Shown piece after piece: positions 30,101 through 39,496 of a stretch of DNA of 64,000 nucleotides. The translations under genes were made by a program, and so were the position numbers. Numbering within the stretch: position 1 is the stretch's first letter; each line of letters opens with the position of its first letter. The stretch spans positions 1 to 64,000 of IMG/VR virus record IMGVR_UViG_3300013126_001527; one strand, written 5' to 3'. The notes beneath the pieces were generated by a model that was not told the origin of the DNA, made no database searches, and saw nothing but the letters and a program-made list of their open reading frames with translations. The stretch comes from a virus.

Positions 30101-31304
30101 AGATACTAACCACTTCACAAAACGATTAACATTTGGTGATGTAAAAACTGCGCAAGCACTTGATGAGAATTTTAATGTAAAGTATGAGGTTGTATACCTA
30201 GAGATTTTTGACGAGAATACAAATGCAGAGGGAAGTGGCCCTGCAGATGTTATAGATTTAACAGGTCGACTTGAAACTCCATATTACGATGAACAAGGCA
30301 ACGATTATACTATTGCTTACCCTAATTCATTTACTAACATGAGTTCTGTTATAGTGGCTGGTTTGGGCTATGCTAACAAAGGCGCCTTGCCAGACTGGAT
30401 GACTAGTCGGCAACCCAATGGTCGACAACTTGGATTTGTAAGATCAGTTGTTCTAGCATATACAGTGCCAGGGGCTAGCGATCTGATTGCATACCGTTTT
30501 AGAGAACAAAATTATCAACTAAACTCCATTGATTTTTCAGTAGATCGTTATCAAGTTGATAATAGTTATAGTGAAAATTTTGACATTAGTGCTGGCGCAT
30601 TTTTGACTAGTACAGAGACAACATTTGATCGATATCCAGCACTTTCTAATGTTTTTGCTGACAAAGGTGTTGTCGATTATGCAAGCCCTCTATCTTTTGA
30701 AGACATCAATAATCGTAGCTTAACAAGTATCAGAAGTCTTGGTGGAATCGACGGTATTAACAACATTAAAACCGGTGATCGATTAGTGTTTGGATCACAA
30801 GAATTTCGCAAGGGGCAAAATGATATTGGGGATTATAACCAGGGATGGAGTAGAGTAGAAACCCTCTGGGATGGTGAAATTTGGGATAACAGTCAAGGAA
30901 CCAGTACTACTAGTGACGATTTAGGTTGGGATGCGGCTAGCTATGTCTCTGGTTACAACGAACACAATCTTGATCTAACAGTTAATAATGAACGTATTGG
31001 CATTTGGGAAGTTTTGATAACTGATCAGATTGTCACATTATCGTTTGTTGAAACTATGGAATTTTATGATAAAGTCTATGTCAGAAACGGTCTGACCTAT
31101 GGGGGTACTAATATATACTACGATCCTGTTATCAAACAAGGTAATCTGATTCCGAATTATAGTATTATACCTCAACAAATTAAAACAACGTACACTAGCT
31201 TTGATGGTAACGGTACTCGATTCTTTGACTATCGAGATGAATACACCGAACCTGAAAGCGGTGATAAATACATTAAATTTCCCAAACTCGGAGTGTTTAA
31301 TTAA
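27174..31304 (+). CDS. Large virion protein with putative Ig-like (He_PIG) domains
   Basis: Repeated G-x-LPPGL-S-I...G-x-I-x-G motifs; four internal (A/G)NVGD..TQ repeats (28277-29050). Confidence 0.75.
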   Translation: MALPKWLTPAGVLGIIPETEYYEFPLDAYDASGGTLTYRLVSGRLPPGIQLISTGRLQGIPISELGTDINIEYRFTIRVQNSSTGGLSDRTFSITITNVFPPTIIPRNVDLGLYLDGTVVDLTLEAIEFTPGAALTWRLVEGELPPGLSITTSGVIQGYIEPIPETAIRTISGNDEGGNVLSLTGWGVHYWNETVYYPDDSSVAIGWAPTTRAVSKRFTFSIEVSDGVNYDRTDYTLDVFPRSSLTADNDTLTVDTTTIQSTYALQIDSGAKHDPIILTTQDDLVPVRQGSFFSFNVDALDLDGDNLEYTLPIVASGAFDEQDFTSTSSLNYVPTSPLSGVISAGVFPKTSISNTLATINLYTGYSISANVGDYITQAITGANAQVRANVINSNQVTVTILNSGFAETKGNLAVNGTELVVSSYTSATATWANVGVIPETVTTGEPEIIVDRTSPGLSPGDAIKILGSSDFWYSATVTSDTSVKLLGNTKVAGNVGDTLTQAISGVDASINSISDTTGTLTIGGAILVGTIQILGNLVTANVGDFVTQNGSLANAQVTSNVVDGNNISVRYLVGSFTTGSGNLKINGANVASYPASIVRYSSTVGLTANVGDFITQPSTGANAQITANIISGLTAQVELVSGAFTLGSGNIQLNGANINAYPSNVTATTDIEVTYNTSDVFYLNSTESTAKIFIANTSTNSTPISINSVGITVGSLAIEGTTGFDEGKFDQGTLALPPGLSINPDTGWMTGQLPAQTINQIDYDFEILVRKSDDPTYESSKLYTLTVLGDLNNRINWITPSNLGTIQNGKVSDLFVKALSTKGKPLVYSLKTAGSHRLPQGLSVTTSGLISGRVSFQLFGLDQGSTSIDGGDTTFDNTYTFTVVASDIDRTVSAERTFTIQVINRNIKPYENLYLKALTSYDQRQYFDSIVQNRTVFPQELIYRGEDPWFGIARDIKTLFLAGLEPSTLEEYIQAADTNHFTKRLTFGDVKTAQALDENFNVKYEVVYLEIFDENTNAEGSGPADVIDLTGRLETPYYDEQGNDYTIAYPNSFTNMSSVIVAGLGYANKGALPDWMTSRQPNGRQLGFVRSVVLAYTVPGASDLIAYRFREQNYQLNSIDFSVDRYQVDNSYSENFDISAGAFLTSTETTFDRYPALSNVFADKGVVDYASPLSFEDINNRSLTSIRSLGGIDGINNIKTGDRLVFGSQEFRKGQNDIGDYNQGWSRVETLWDGEIWDNSQGTSTTSDDLGWDAASYVSGYNEHNLDLTVNNERIGIWEVLITDQIVTLSFVETMEFYDKVYVRNGLTYGGTNIYYDPVIKQGNLIPNYSIIPQQIKTTYTSFDGNGTRFFDYRDEYTEPESGDKYIKFPKLGVFN

Positions 31305-31306
31305 TT

Positions 31307-32194
31307 ATGTCATCAATTAACCCAAATAACATCAACGGCGGCTACCCTATTGCCGGTCAAGACAACGACAGCCAAGGCTTCCGTGATAATTTTACGAATA
31401 TTAAAAACAACTTAACATTCGCTAAAACAGAGATCGAAGATCTACAAAATAATGCTATATTAAAGAGTGCATTAGCTGGTACTGTCTTAGATAACAATTT
31501 AAATAACAGCATTCTTAAAGGTGCCCAGCTTCTTAAAACAACTGAAACTATCAACGATCTAGGTTCACTAAGCGGAACAGTTGAAGTTAGTTGGAACGAT
31601 GCACATTTCCAACTAGTAACGTTAACCGGCAGTATCACTGCATTAACGCTTGCAGATTGGCCTACTAGTGGTTTTTGGACCAAATTAAGATTAGCGGTTG
31701 TAATCAACAATACCGCACACACACTAACACTAGATTCAAGCTCAACTACCTATTTAGGACTTAGTGACATCCAAGGAGCGAGTGGGTATACTATCACTTT
31801 CCCAAAGACTGGTACATACGTTTTTGAGTTTAGTACTTACAACAATGGTACTGATGTCTTAGTACAAGAACTTACTCGCAATCGTAGCGTTCGAGTAACT
31901 GACTATCAGTATTTGACGCCAGCAAATGCAAGTATCGCAAATGTAAGTCCAACTGTATCTACAGTTATTATCGAACCTGCCACTGTTATTGATGAAGCAA
32001 ATATTCGCATGCCAGGGAATACTCAAGTTATCGATGGACAAACTATTAGTTTTGCTTTTGGTAATACAATCACCGCAGTTACACACTACGGAAATGGTGC
32101 AACTATACTTGGTGGACTGACTAGTGCTAGCACTTCCACTGAAGCAAAATATGTATTCAAATCATCAACAAATTCTTGGTACCGAATGGGTTAA
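31307..32194 (+). CDS. Virion structural protein
   Basis: YPIAGQDNDSQGFRDNF N-terminal motif followed by short coiled coil. Confidence 0.65.
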   Translation: MSSINPNNINGGYPIAGQDNDSQGFRDNFTNIKNNLTFAKTEIEDLQNNAILKSALAGTVLDNNLNNSILKGAQLLKTTETINDLGSLSGTVEVSWNDAHFQLVTLTGSITALTLADWPTSGFWTKLRLAVVINNTAHTLTLDSSSTTYLGLSDIQGASGYTITFPKTGTYVFEFSTYNNGTDVLVQELTRNRSVRVTDYQYLTPANASIANVSPTVSTVIIEPATVIDEANIRMPGNTQVIDGQTISFAFGNTITAVTHYGNGATILGGLTSASTSTEAKYVFKSSTNSWYRMG

Positions 32195-32215
32195 TGATTA
32201 ATTAAACCAAAACGA

Positions 32216-32244
32216 TTGACTCCTTATTTGTATTGTTTTATTAT
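32216..32244 (+). promoter_or_regulatory. Sigma70 promoter
   Basis: TTGACT-17 nt-TATTAT (TATAAT adjacent). Confidence 0.65.
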
Positions 32245-32267
32245 AATACTATAAGGAGTTTTCTTTT

Positions 32268-32675
32268 ATGCAAATCGATTTAAACAAATATCAAGAATTC
32301 GTAGAAGCAGTTACATCCGGCGAATCCAATCATCCGGGACAATTTATCAACCAAATTCAACATATTCGCTCTAGTACAAATGTTAATCCAAGCCTATTAC
32401 TCACAGCCGCAATTGGACTAGCTGCAGAAACAGGCGAATTTGCCGAAATACCTAAAAAAATCTTGTTTCAAGGCAAACCAGTAAACGAAGAAAGCCTATT
32501 CCACATGAAGCGCGAACTAGGCGACATTATGTGGTACTGGGTTAATGCTTGTCGTGCGCTCAATCTAGATCCAAATGATGTTATTGCTGAAAATGTGCGT
32601 AAGTTAGAAGCTCGGTATCCGGGCGGTGCATTTGACCCATACTACAGCGAGAATAGGAAACAAGGAGATTTGTAA
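32268..32675 (+). CDS. mazG: MazG-like nucleoside triphosphate pyrophosphohydrolase
   Basis: GLAAETGEFAEIPKK, RELGDIMWY, NVRKLEARYP. Confidence 0.9.
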   Translation: MQIDLNKYQEFVEAVTSGESNHPGQFINQIQHIRSSTNVNPSLLLTAAIGLAAETGEFAEIPKKILFQGKPVNEESLFHMKRELGDIMWYWVNACRALNLDPNDVIAENVRKLEARYPGGAFDPYYSENRKQGDL

Positions 32676-32914
32676 TGCATCCACTGGCTCCAGATTTATC
32701 TAAATTAACTGAAGACGAATTGCACCAGAAACGTGCCGAGTTAAACAATAGACTAATGTTTGCATATCGAATGGGGCAAGGAGACATGATTGGTCAAATA
32801 CAAATGCTGGTAAATGATTACGACATGGAAATACAAAAGCGTAATCAAAAGATTCTCGACGATTTGAGCAAAAACAACAAAAATTTTAACGACAAGATCA
32901 ATATTGGGCGATGA
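32675..32914 (+). CDS. Hypothetical coiled-coil protein
   Basis: TAATG coupling; MHPLAPDLSKLTEDEL. Confidence 0.6.
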   Translation: MHPLAPDLSKLTEDELHQKRAELNNRLMFAYRMGQGDMIGQIQMLVNDYDMEIQKRNQKILDDLSKNNKNFNDKINIGR

Positions 32915-33423
32915 AATACGATCAATACGGCCGTGCCTATACGGAAAGTAGCGAACTGTGTAACTTACTGTATAGAAACCCTGACTTAGATTTAAGTCTA
33001 TTTCAGGTTGAAGATCCGCAAGAATATAACAAAAGCCGCAGTGAGTTACATGCAGAAATGCCATATTTACGAGGGTATGTTGAGTTAGGTGAAACAGTTA
33101 GTTTTTTTGATAACCGTTGGCAAAGTAAGTGGCACATGCCTGAAGAATATAAGCAATTAGATATTGCTGAATATGTCTTAGGCTTGTGTAAAGAAGATTA
33201 TGAACTACAGCGTGTAGGTGAAGAATTGTTGCTATTTCAAGAACGTGATTTATTCAATCTACTACGATACTTAAAATATCTAGTAGACACTCTACGCAAA
33301 CATAATGTTGTTTGGGGTGTAGGTCGTGGTAGTAGTGTAGCAAGCTATGTGTTATTCCTAATAGGAGTACATAAAATTGATTCACTGTTCTATAATCTTG
33401 ATATCAGAGAATTTCTCAAATAA
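32911..33423 (+). CDS. Stand-alone fragment of family C DNA polymerase (DnaE-like)
   Basis: RVGEELLLF, WGVGRGSSVASYVLFLIGVHKIDSL; only 170 aa, ends before catalytic PDID. Confidence 0.8.
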   Translation: MKYDQYGRAYTESSELCNLLYRNPDLDLSLFQVEDPQEYNKSRSELHAEMPYLRGYVELGETVSFFDNRWQSKWHMPEEYKQLDIAEYVLGLCKEDYELQRVGEELLLFQERDLFNLLRYLKYLVDTLRKHNVVWGVGRGSSVASYVLFLIGVHKIDSLFYNLDIREFLK

Positions 33424-33449
33424 ATATACGCATATAATAGGAGATTATT

Positions 33450-33863
33450 ATGTCTAAAATGTACAGATCGGCAATGGGCAAACCCATTGATCTTGATATG
33501 ATTCGTCTAGCAAACGAAGATGTTATTGCAGTAGGCAATATGCGAGTTAATGCTCGCGGTGACGAATTAGGTCCAGGTGGCAAGGTTGTAAAAACTCGAT
33601 CTCAAGCTATGAGAGAATTTCACAAACTAAACACACCTGTTGCAGCAGATGATGAAATCTTAACCAGCGCACCAAAAATACAAAAACCTGCTGGGAAAAT
33701 GGTTGCTCCTGTAGCAGAAGATACTCCGGTAGTAACGTCGTCAAATAAACCTCGAGGCAGCTTTGCTGAGTCTATTGCTACTGAGACTGAGGTAACTACA
33801 GAGCTACTAGATCCAGCCCCGTTACTAGGCAGCAACAAAGACCAAGGTGTTCAACGTATTTAA
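33450..33863 (+). CDS. Conserved phage hypothetical protein (late)
   Basis: ATAAATA 33420-33426, AGGAG RBS; AVGNMRVNARGDELGPGG motif. Confidence 0.65.
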   Translation: MSKMYRSAMGKPIDLDMIRLANEDVIAVGNMRVNARGDELGPGGKVVKTRSQAMREFHKLNTPVAADDEILTSAPKIQKPAGKMVAPVAEDTPVVTSSNKPRGSFAESIATETEVTTELLDPAPLLGSNKDQGVQRI

Positions 33864-33871
33864 AGGTATAT

Positions 33872-34222
33872 ATGAGTTTCGATCCAGTAAAAATCAAATC
33901 AATTCGTGCTATAAAAGATCATATTATTGTAACAGATATGAACTTTGATCAAAAAATCAGTCACGGTGGCATTATTATTCCTACGGGTGACGGTAAACTA
34001 GAAGGGGTGCATCCTCGTTGGGCCCAAGTGTACGCCATTGGCCCAACCCAAAAAGATATACGTGTAGGACAATACGTTTGTGTTAAACATGGGCGTTGGA
34101 CTCGAGGTCTTGACATTGAAGACCCGTCTGGCAGTTATACTATCAGACGAGTTGATCCAAAAGATATTCTATTGGTTAGTAATGATCCAATGTCTGATGA
34201 AACTATCGGTCGAGGATTATAA
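33872..34222 (+). CDS. GroES-like co-chaperonin
   Basis: IRAIKDHIIV, GGIIIP mobile loop, VYAIGP, VGQYV, DILLV. Confidence 0.75.
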   Translation: MSFDPVKIKSIRAIKDHIIVTDMNFDQKISHGGIIIPTGDGKLEGVHPRWAQVYAIGPTQKDIRVGQYVCVKHGRWTRGLDIEDPSGSYTIRRVDPKDILLVSNDPMSDETIGRGL

Positions 34223-34474
34223 TTGAACGATAGTGATAATATCACTGATTTAACCAATCTTAGTTCCGATGGTGCACAAGTAGCAAGGTTTATTCATGAT
34301 CTTGCTAATATGTGTCGTAGCCCTTATACTGATGCATTTACCCAATGCCATTGTAAACATCAACTTTATCTGTTAAAATGTTTTATAGAAGATCAGTTCA
34401 AAGATCTGCCCGAATTTCCACAACAGGAAAAAGAGTGGGAACAAGAACGTTTAATTGAGGTATTAAAGAAATGA
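34223..34474 (+). CDS. Hypothetical protein
   Basis: TTG start in operon. Confidence 0.5.
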   Translation: MNDSDNITDLTNLSSDGAQVARFIHDLANMCRSPYTDAFTQCHCKHQLYLLKCFIEDQFKDLPEFPQQEKEWEQERLIEVLKK

Positions 34475-34629
34475 ATCATCCAGATCCAATTTGGCATCGT
34501 AATATTAGTTTTATAAAAAGTGCCTTGCGCATTTTAGCAGGGTTTGTGTTATGTTTTAATGCGTATATTAGCGCAGGTGTATTATTAATTTTAGCAGAAA
34601 TTTTAGGAATTGTAGAGGAGTTAGTGTGA
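34471..34629 (+). CDS. Small membrane protein (52 aa)
   Basis: MNHPDPIWHRNISFIKSALRI...AEILGIVEELV; ATGA/GTGA overlaps on both sides; absent from ORF track. Confidence 0.65.
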   Translation: MNHPDPIWHRNISFIKSALRILAGFVLCFNAYISAGVLLILAEILGIVEELV

Positions 34630-35552
34630 AACAACTTTGGGTAGAACAGTATAGACCAAAAACTGTAGACGGGTATGTGTTCCAAGACGATAGTATGAAG
34701 GAGCAGGTACAAAGTTGGATTAAAGCAGGCATGATTCCGCACCTATTACTACATGGCGGCCCAGGTACCGGTAAAACAACATTAGCACGTATGCTGATTA
34801 ACGAACTGGGGGTTGATGAATATGATGTTATGTTTGCTAATGGTAGTAAAGAGGCACGTAAAGTAGAATGGGTAGACAAATTAATTAGTTTCTGTCAGAC
34901 TATGCCATTTGGCACCTTCAAGGTTGTGTTAATTGACGAAGCTGATTATATGAATCCGGTAAGTGTTCAACCAGCATTACGTAACCTAATGGAAGAGTAC
35001 AGCGACAGTGTTCGATTCATTCTTACCTGCAACTATCCAAATAAAATCTTGCCACCAATACATAGTCGTTGTCAAAGTATCCATGTAAACAAAGCTGACC
35101 ACACAGAGTTCACAGCACGTGTAGCCACTGTATTAGTTGAGGAAGGCATAGAGTTTGACCTAGACACACTAGACAACTATGTTCGTGCTACCTATCCAGA
35201 TCTGCGTAAGTGTTTAAATCTTGTACAGCAAAACTCTACAGACAATAAATTACGCAGTCCTAAAGAAGGTGACAAAGCTGTAGGTGACTGGAAACTTGAC
35301 TGCGTATCATTATTTAAAGCAGGTAAAATTCGTGAGGCACGTAAACTCTTATGTGAGCAAGCAGAAGCAGAAGAGATGGATGGTGTTTTTCGTTGGATGT
35401 ACGATAACTTAGATCTATGGAGTAAAACCGAAGAAGGTCAAGATGAAGCAATTACTATCATTCGCAAAGGCCTAGTGAATCATAGTATGGTAGCAGATGC
35501 TGAGATCAATTTAAGTGCTACACTTGTTGAACTAAGTCAAATAGGATCCTAA
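34626..35552 (+). CDS. Clamp loader AAA+ subunit (T4 gp44/RFC small subunit-like)
   Basis: LWVEQYRP, GGPGTGKT, LIDEAD, FILTCNY, IHSRC. Confidence 0.9.
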   Translation: MKQLWVEQYRPKTVDGYVFQDDSMKEQVQSWIKAGMIPHLLLHGGPGTGKTTLARMLINELGVDEYDVMFANGSKEARKVEWVDKLISFCQTMPFGTFKVVLIDEADYMNPVSVQPALRNLMEEYSDSVRFILTCNYPNKILPPIHSRCQSIHVNKADHTEFTARVATVLVEEGIEFDLDTLDNYVRATYPDLRKCLNLVQQNSTDNKLRSPKEGDKAVGDWKLDCVSLFKAGKIREARKLLCEQAEAEEMDGVFRWMYDNLDLWSKTEEGQDEAITIIRKGLVNHSMVADAEINLSATLVELSQIGS

Positions 35553-35553
35553 T

Positions 35554-35868
35554 ATGGCAGATTTAAACATTTATCTATTAGCAAAATACTCAGGTCAACC
35601 TAAAGACCCTAAACGCACTGCACAGCCAGGTTACATGAGCAATCCAGACAATATTCACTATGAAGAGCAAGTATATTTGGCTCGTGGGTTGAAGCAAAAA
35701 GACCTCCAAAATCAGGTTGTTTTGAACCTAACTGAGCAAAAAATAGTCAAAAATAACTTCAATCCTGGCAAAAACTTTGAGGAAATTTTTACTCACTACT
35801 ATGAAGCTTATCCAACATATATCGATGACTGTGTAAATCAATTAAATGAAGCGTACCAAATTAAGTGA
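35554..35868 (+). CDS. Hypothetical protein
   Basis: 104 aa ORF in operon. Confidence 0.6.
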   Translation: MADLNIYLLAKYSGQPKDPKRTAQPGYMSNPDNIHYEEQVYLARGLKQKDLQNQVVLNLTEQKIVKNNFNPGKNFEEIFTHYYEAYPTYIDDCVNQLNEAYQIK

Positions 35869-36166
35869 TTGCGGCAGTCGCGGGTGGTTTATAGGTGATT
35901 TTGCAGGAAGTGTATGGCCTACTAAAGATTTTGAAATATGCTATCAAAAGAATTCCCGTAGTCAAACAGCTAGCCATATTCATAAAATTGCCCACGAAAT
36001 TACCCTAGTAATCAGTGGGCGACAGATCTGCAATGGCGAAATGTTTACCGCCGGGGATATTTGTATATTAGAGCCCGGCGATATTAGTCAAATTGAATAT
36101 CTAGAGGAAACTGAAGTGGTTACTATTAAAGTACCGAGTGTTCCCTCTGACAAGCATTATCTATAA
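35846..36166 (+). CDS. Cupin-fold protein
   Basis: RGWFIGDF, HIHKIAHEITLVISG, LEPG. Confidence 0.7.
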   Translation: MKRTKLSDCGSRGWFIGDFAGSVWPTKDFEICYQKNSRSQTASHIHKIAHEITLVISGRQICNGEMFTAGDICILEPGDISQIEYLEETEVVTIKVPSVPSDKHYL

Positions 36167-36910
36167 TTAAACTTCTCCGTAAATATGTAACACCTCCTTT
36201 ACTGCGGGATGACGCATAATATCTCTATTTGCAAATTCAACACCGGCTACATACTTACTATGTTGGTATGCGGCAACAAGACCTTTAAAGTCCAGTAACC
36301 CGTTGTCGTCTTCTCTACGGTCTGCCTGACGTGTATCGCCTGTAACAACTATCTTGGAGTTTTCACCGAGTCGCGTTAGGAGCATCTTCATCTGTCCAGG
36401 AGTGGCGTTTTGCATTTCATCTGCTACTATCCAACTATCCTTAAAAGTGCGACCTCTCATGAATGCTAGTGGAGCTATCTCTATTATTTGTTCGTCTATC
36501 ATTCTGGCTACTTCTTTTGGGCTATAATACTCTGCAAATACATCAAACAGAGGTCTAGTCCAAGGTTCCATTTTAGCGTTAATATCACCTGGTAGGAAAC
36601 CATGCTTCTCATCATCCACTCCTACCGCCGGACGAGTCATTACAATTTTCTTCACCTCCCCTTCTTTATATGCTTTAATGCCGGCTAATACGGCTAACAT
36701 GGTTTTACCCGTACCGGCAGGACCTGTAGCAAAAACAATACTCTTGCTATCGTCCGATAATAATTCAATGTATGCTTCTTGATTTAGACTTTTTGGGATT
36801 AATGTTACTGATTTGCGTTGTTGTACATAATTGTTAAAACTTATCACGGTATTATCTACTACAAATGCTTGGGTGTTATTACTACGACTACTTCTGCGAT
36901 GTCTTGGCAT
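36167..36910 (-). CDS. phoH: PhoH-like ATPase
   Basis: GPAGTGKT, GFLPG, FMRGRTF, DEMQN, LTRLGE, GD..QAD, RHP; GAGGAG RBS. Confidence 0.95.
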   Translation of the reverse strand: MPRHRRSSRSNNTQAFVVDNTVISFNNYVQQRKSVTLIPKSLNQEAYIELLSDDSKSIVFATGPAGTGKTMLAVLAGIKAYKEGEVKKIVMTRPAVGVDDEKHGFLPGDINAKMEPWTRPLFDVFAEYYSPKEVARMIDEQIIEIAPLAFMRGRTFKDSWIVADEMQNATPGQMKMLLTRLGENSKIVVTGDTRQADRREDDNGLLDFKGLVAAYQHSKYVAGVEFANRDIMRHPAVKEVLHIYGEV

Positions 36911-37069
36911 ACTGCTCCTCTTTCTCGTTGAAATGTAGATTAAAGGCATCTACACAGATATTTAAGAATCCATAGCAAGAAGTAAAGTTAACAGTTAAAT
37001 CTAAATTCTCATGGCTAAATATTAAGCTCTTGTAAGAATCCTTTCTGCAATACTCATTTACTATTCTGA

Positions 37070-37077
37070 TATAAATA
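37070..37077 (+). promoter_or_regulatory. T4-type late promoter TATAAATA
   Basis: Exact consensus upstream of 37099. Confidence 0.7.
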
Positions 37078-37098
37078 CTTAAAACGAGTTGAATAACC

Positions 37099-37629
37099 AT
37101 GGCTAGAGCAATTAAAGACGTTATCGAAAACACCAAAGAAATATTCATGACCGACAGCAGTCTGACTACTTTGTTAGACTTTGAACGTGTGCTTGACGAG
37201 CTTGATCTTTATGTTTTTAAAAATTGGAAACAAGGCGAATTGGTAGAAGGCCCAATATATGAAAAATATTTTGTGTCTTGTACATTTATGTGGCCTAGAG
37301 CAATGATGCCAGATCCTCGGGGTGGCGAGCGACTATTGGATTACGATTGCGAAGTTTATTACAGTAAAGATTATGTAGAGTTTCCTGTAGATATTAAGAG
37401 CCCAAACGATTTTGAACCAGGTACCAAAATGCCAAAAATGGCTAAAAATCCAGTTTGGCTAGTCACAATAGTGATGCCAAAAAGATTGATGCAAGAAATA
37501 CAGCAAGGCAGCTTAGAGCTTGAGAGTGCCACGTTAGATCTTGAAGATATTGAACAAGCATACGAAGAAGGCAACGATCAAACTGTTGACCAAACTACTC
37601 AATCGGATCTAGACAATGCTACATTCTAA
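37099..37629 (+). CDS. Conserved phage hypothetical protein
   Basis: LDFERVLD...NW..GELVEGP...MPDPRGG. Confidence 0.65.
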   Translation: MARAIKDVIENTKEIFMTDSSLTTLLDFERVLDELDLYVFKNWKQGELVEGPIYEKYFVSCTFMWPRAMMPDPRGGERLLDYDCEVYYSKDYVEFPVDIKSPNDFEPGTKMPKMAKNPVWLVTIVMPKRLMQEIQQGSLELESATLDLEDIEQAYEEGNDQTVDQTTQSDLDNATF

Positions 37630-38176
37630 CCAGTTAAACGAAAATTTAGAAATAGGCGATTTGAAACGCTTAATTCACAATGAACTACACATTGATGAAT
37701 ACAAGAGTAAAATGGGCGATGATAGCGATATCTGTGTGTTGAGTTTTAAAGTTTCTGGTAAAGAGCCTAGCACAGATTTAGTTAACTTCATTGAAAAAGG
37801 GTACAATTATGTACTCGATGCCGATGTTAGTTCGGGCGAAAAAGAGGGCGGAGACTACTTAGTATTTGTTGAGCTTGATCGTACCTCCAAACTGCCAGAG
37901 CAGATAACGGCAATAATTAATGATATTTTAAATTTAACTGAGCAATCAATAAATGAGTGGCGATTTAAATATCGAAAAAGTACAAAAGAACACCCGTTAA
38001 CAGTCGACACACTAGCTAACACTATACCGCTGTCTCCAGAAGACTATCAAAAACGTTTTAAACAAGAGCAGGATGAAATTGATGCTCTTAAGGCGGCCGC
38101 CGGAGTTGAAGTGGATACAGTGGCTCCTACAAATGAATACACAGAAAGTTTGAGGATTGCCGCCGGCATTAGATAA
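37616..38176 (+). CDS. Conserved phage hypothetical protein (possible head protein)
   Basis: IDEYKSKMG...FIEKGY..VLDADVS; N-terminal QLNE, C-terminal LRIAAGIR. Confidence 0.6.
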   Translation: MLHSNQLNENLEIGDLKRLIHNELHIDEYKSKMGDDSDICVLSFKVSGKEPSTDLVNFIEKGYNYVLDADVSSGEKEGGDYLVFVELDRTSKLPEQITAIINDILNLTEQSINEWRFKYRKSTKEHPLTVDTLANTIPLSPEDYQKRFKQEQDEIDALKAAAGVEVDTVAPTNEYTESLRIAAGIR

Positions 38177-38200
38177 GCATTTCAATAAAGGACATCAACG

Positions 38201-39037
38201 ATGCAAATTACAGCAGAACATATTCAATCATTATTTCCAAAATACAAATACCCAGCAGACCTAGCAGAAGCACTAACAGAATCATTTGACAAGTATGATA
38301 TTAATACTGTTAATCGTGCCGCTGGTTTCTTGGCACAGTGCGGACATGAAAGTGCAGGGTTTACAGTATTGCAAGAAAACCTAAACTATTCAGCCGACGG
38401 GTTGAACAAAATCTTTAAGAAGTATTTTCCAACAGTGGCAGATGCACAACCATATGCTCGTAATCCAGAAAAGATTGCTAACAAGGTATATGGTGGGCGT
38501 ATGGGCAATGGTCCAGAATCTAGCGGTGATGGTTACAAATTCCGTGGCCGTGGCGCTATCCAATTAACTGGTCGTGACAACTATACACAGTTTGCCAAGG
38601 CAGTAGGCCTAACCGTTGACGAAGCAGTAGCAGACTTAGAAACACTTGACGGTGCTATTGAATCGGCATGTTGGTTCTGGCAGAAAAACGGACTTAACGC
38701 TATCTGTGATGCAGACGACGTTGTTAAAATGACCAAACGTATCAATGGTGGAACCATCGGCTTAGAAGATCGCAAGAAACACTACGAACATGCTAAACAT
38801 GTATTAGGTGGCAGTCATGTAGAAGAATCACACGGTGTTAGTGTAACCACATACGAAACAGTACGTGTTGGCTCTAAAGGTGAAACAGTCAAAGCTGTGC
38901 AGGCTGCACTGGGGCTAACAGCAGATGGCGCATTTGGGCATGGCACAGAAAAAGCAGTTAAAGCATGGCAAACTAAAAATGGCCTTACAGCAGACGGCGT
39001 AATGGGTCCTAAGAGCCTACAAAAACTATTAGGATAA
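38201..39037 (+). CDS. Endolysin, glycoside hydrolase family 19 with C-terminal peptidoglycan-binding domain
   Basis: FLAQCGHES, ENLNYS, FRGRGAIQLTGRDNY, TKRINGG; GLTADG repeats. Confidence 0.9.
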   Translation: MQITAEHIQSLFPKYKYPADLAEALTESFDKYDINTVNRAAGFLAQCGHESAGFTVLQENLNYSADGLNKIFKKYFPTVADAQPYARNPEKIANKVYGGRMGNGPESSGDGYKFRGRGAIQLTGRDNYTQFAKAVGLTVDEAVADLETLDGAIESACWFWQKNGLNAICDADDVVKMTKRINGGTIGLEDRKKHYEHAKHVLGGSHVEESHGVSVTTYETVRVGSKGETVKAVQAALGLTADGAFGHGTEKAVKAWQTKNGLTADGVMGPKSLQKLLG

Positions 39038-39040
39038 TCT

Positions 39041-39496
39041 ATGTTCTTACTACATTTTTTACCGGATAGTTTCTTACAAACAGTAATCAACATTGTACTT
39101 TTCTCAGGGTTAGGGTTAACTGTAGTGGGTTTTTTCCTAGCAGGATGGATTCCAGGTGCACGCAATTATAAGTCACTTATTCAAATCTTAGGTGTTACAC
39201 TATTAGCCGCTGGTATCTACTGGAAGGGTGGCTACGGTGTTGAAATGGAATGGCGTGGCCGAGTAGCTGAACTTGAGGCTAAACTAAAAACAGCAGAAGA
39301 AAAATCACAACAGGTCAATACCGTGATTGAAACCAAAGTAGTTACACAGGTTAAACATATCAAAGATACACAGGTTAAGATACAAAAACAAATTGTCGAA
39401 CGAGAAAAGATTATCAACGGTGAATGTGAAGTTCCAGCAGAGGCTATTGAGTTGCTAAACAAAGCTGCTGAACGTCCAACAGGAGAAAACAAATGA
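39041..39496 (+). CDS. Inner-membrane spanin (Rz-like)
   Basis: N-terminal TM helices, coiled coil, C-terminal Cys; follows endolysin. Confidence 0.7.
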   Translation: MFLLHFLPDSFLQTVINIVLFSGLGLTVVGFFLAGWIPGARNYKSLIQILGVTLLAAGIYWKGGYGVEMEWRGRVAELEAKLKTAEEKSQQVNTVIETKVVTQVKHIKDTQVKIQKQIVEREKIINGECEVPAEAIELLNKAAERPTGENK

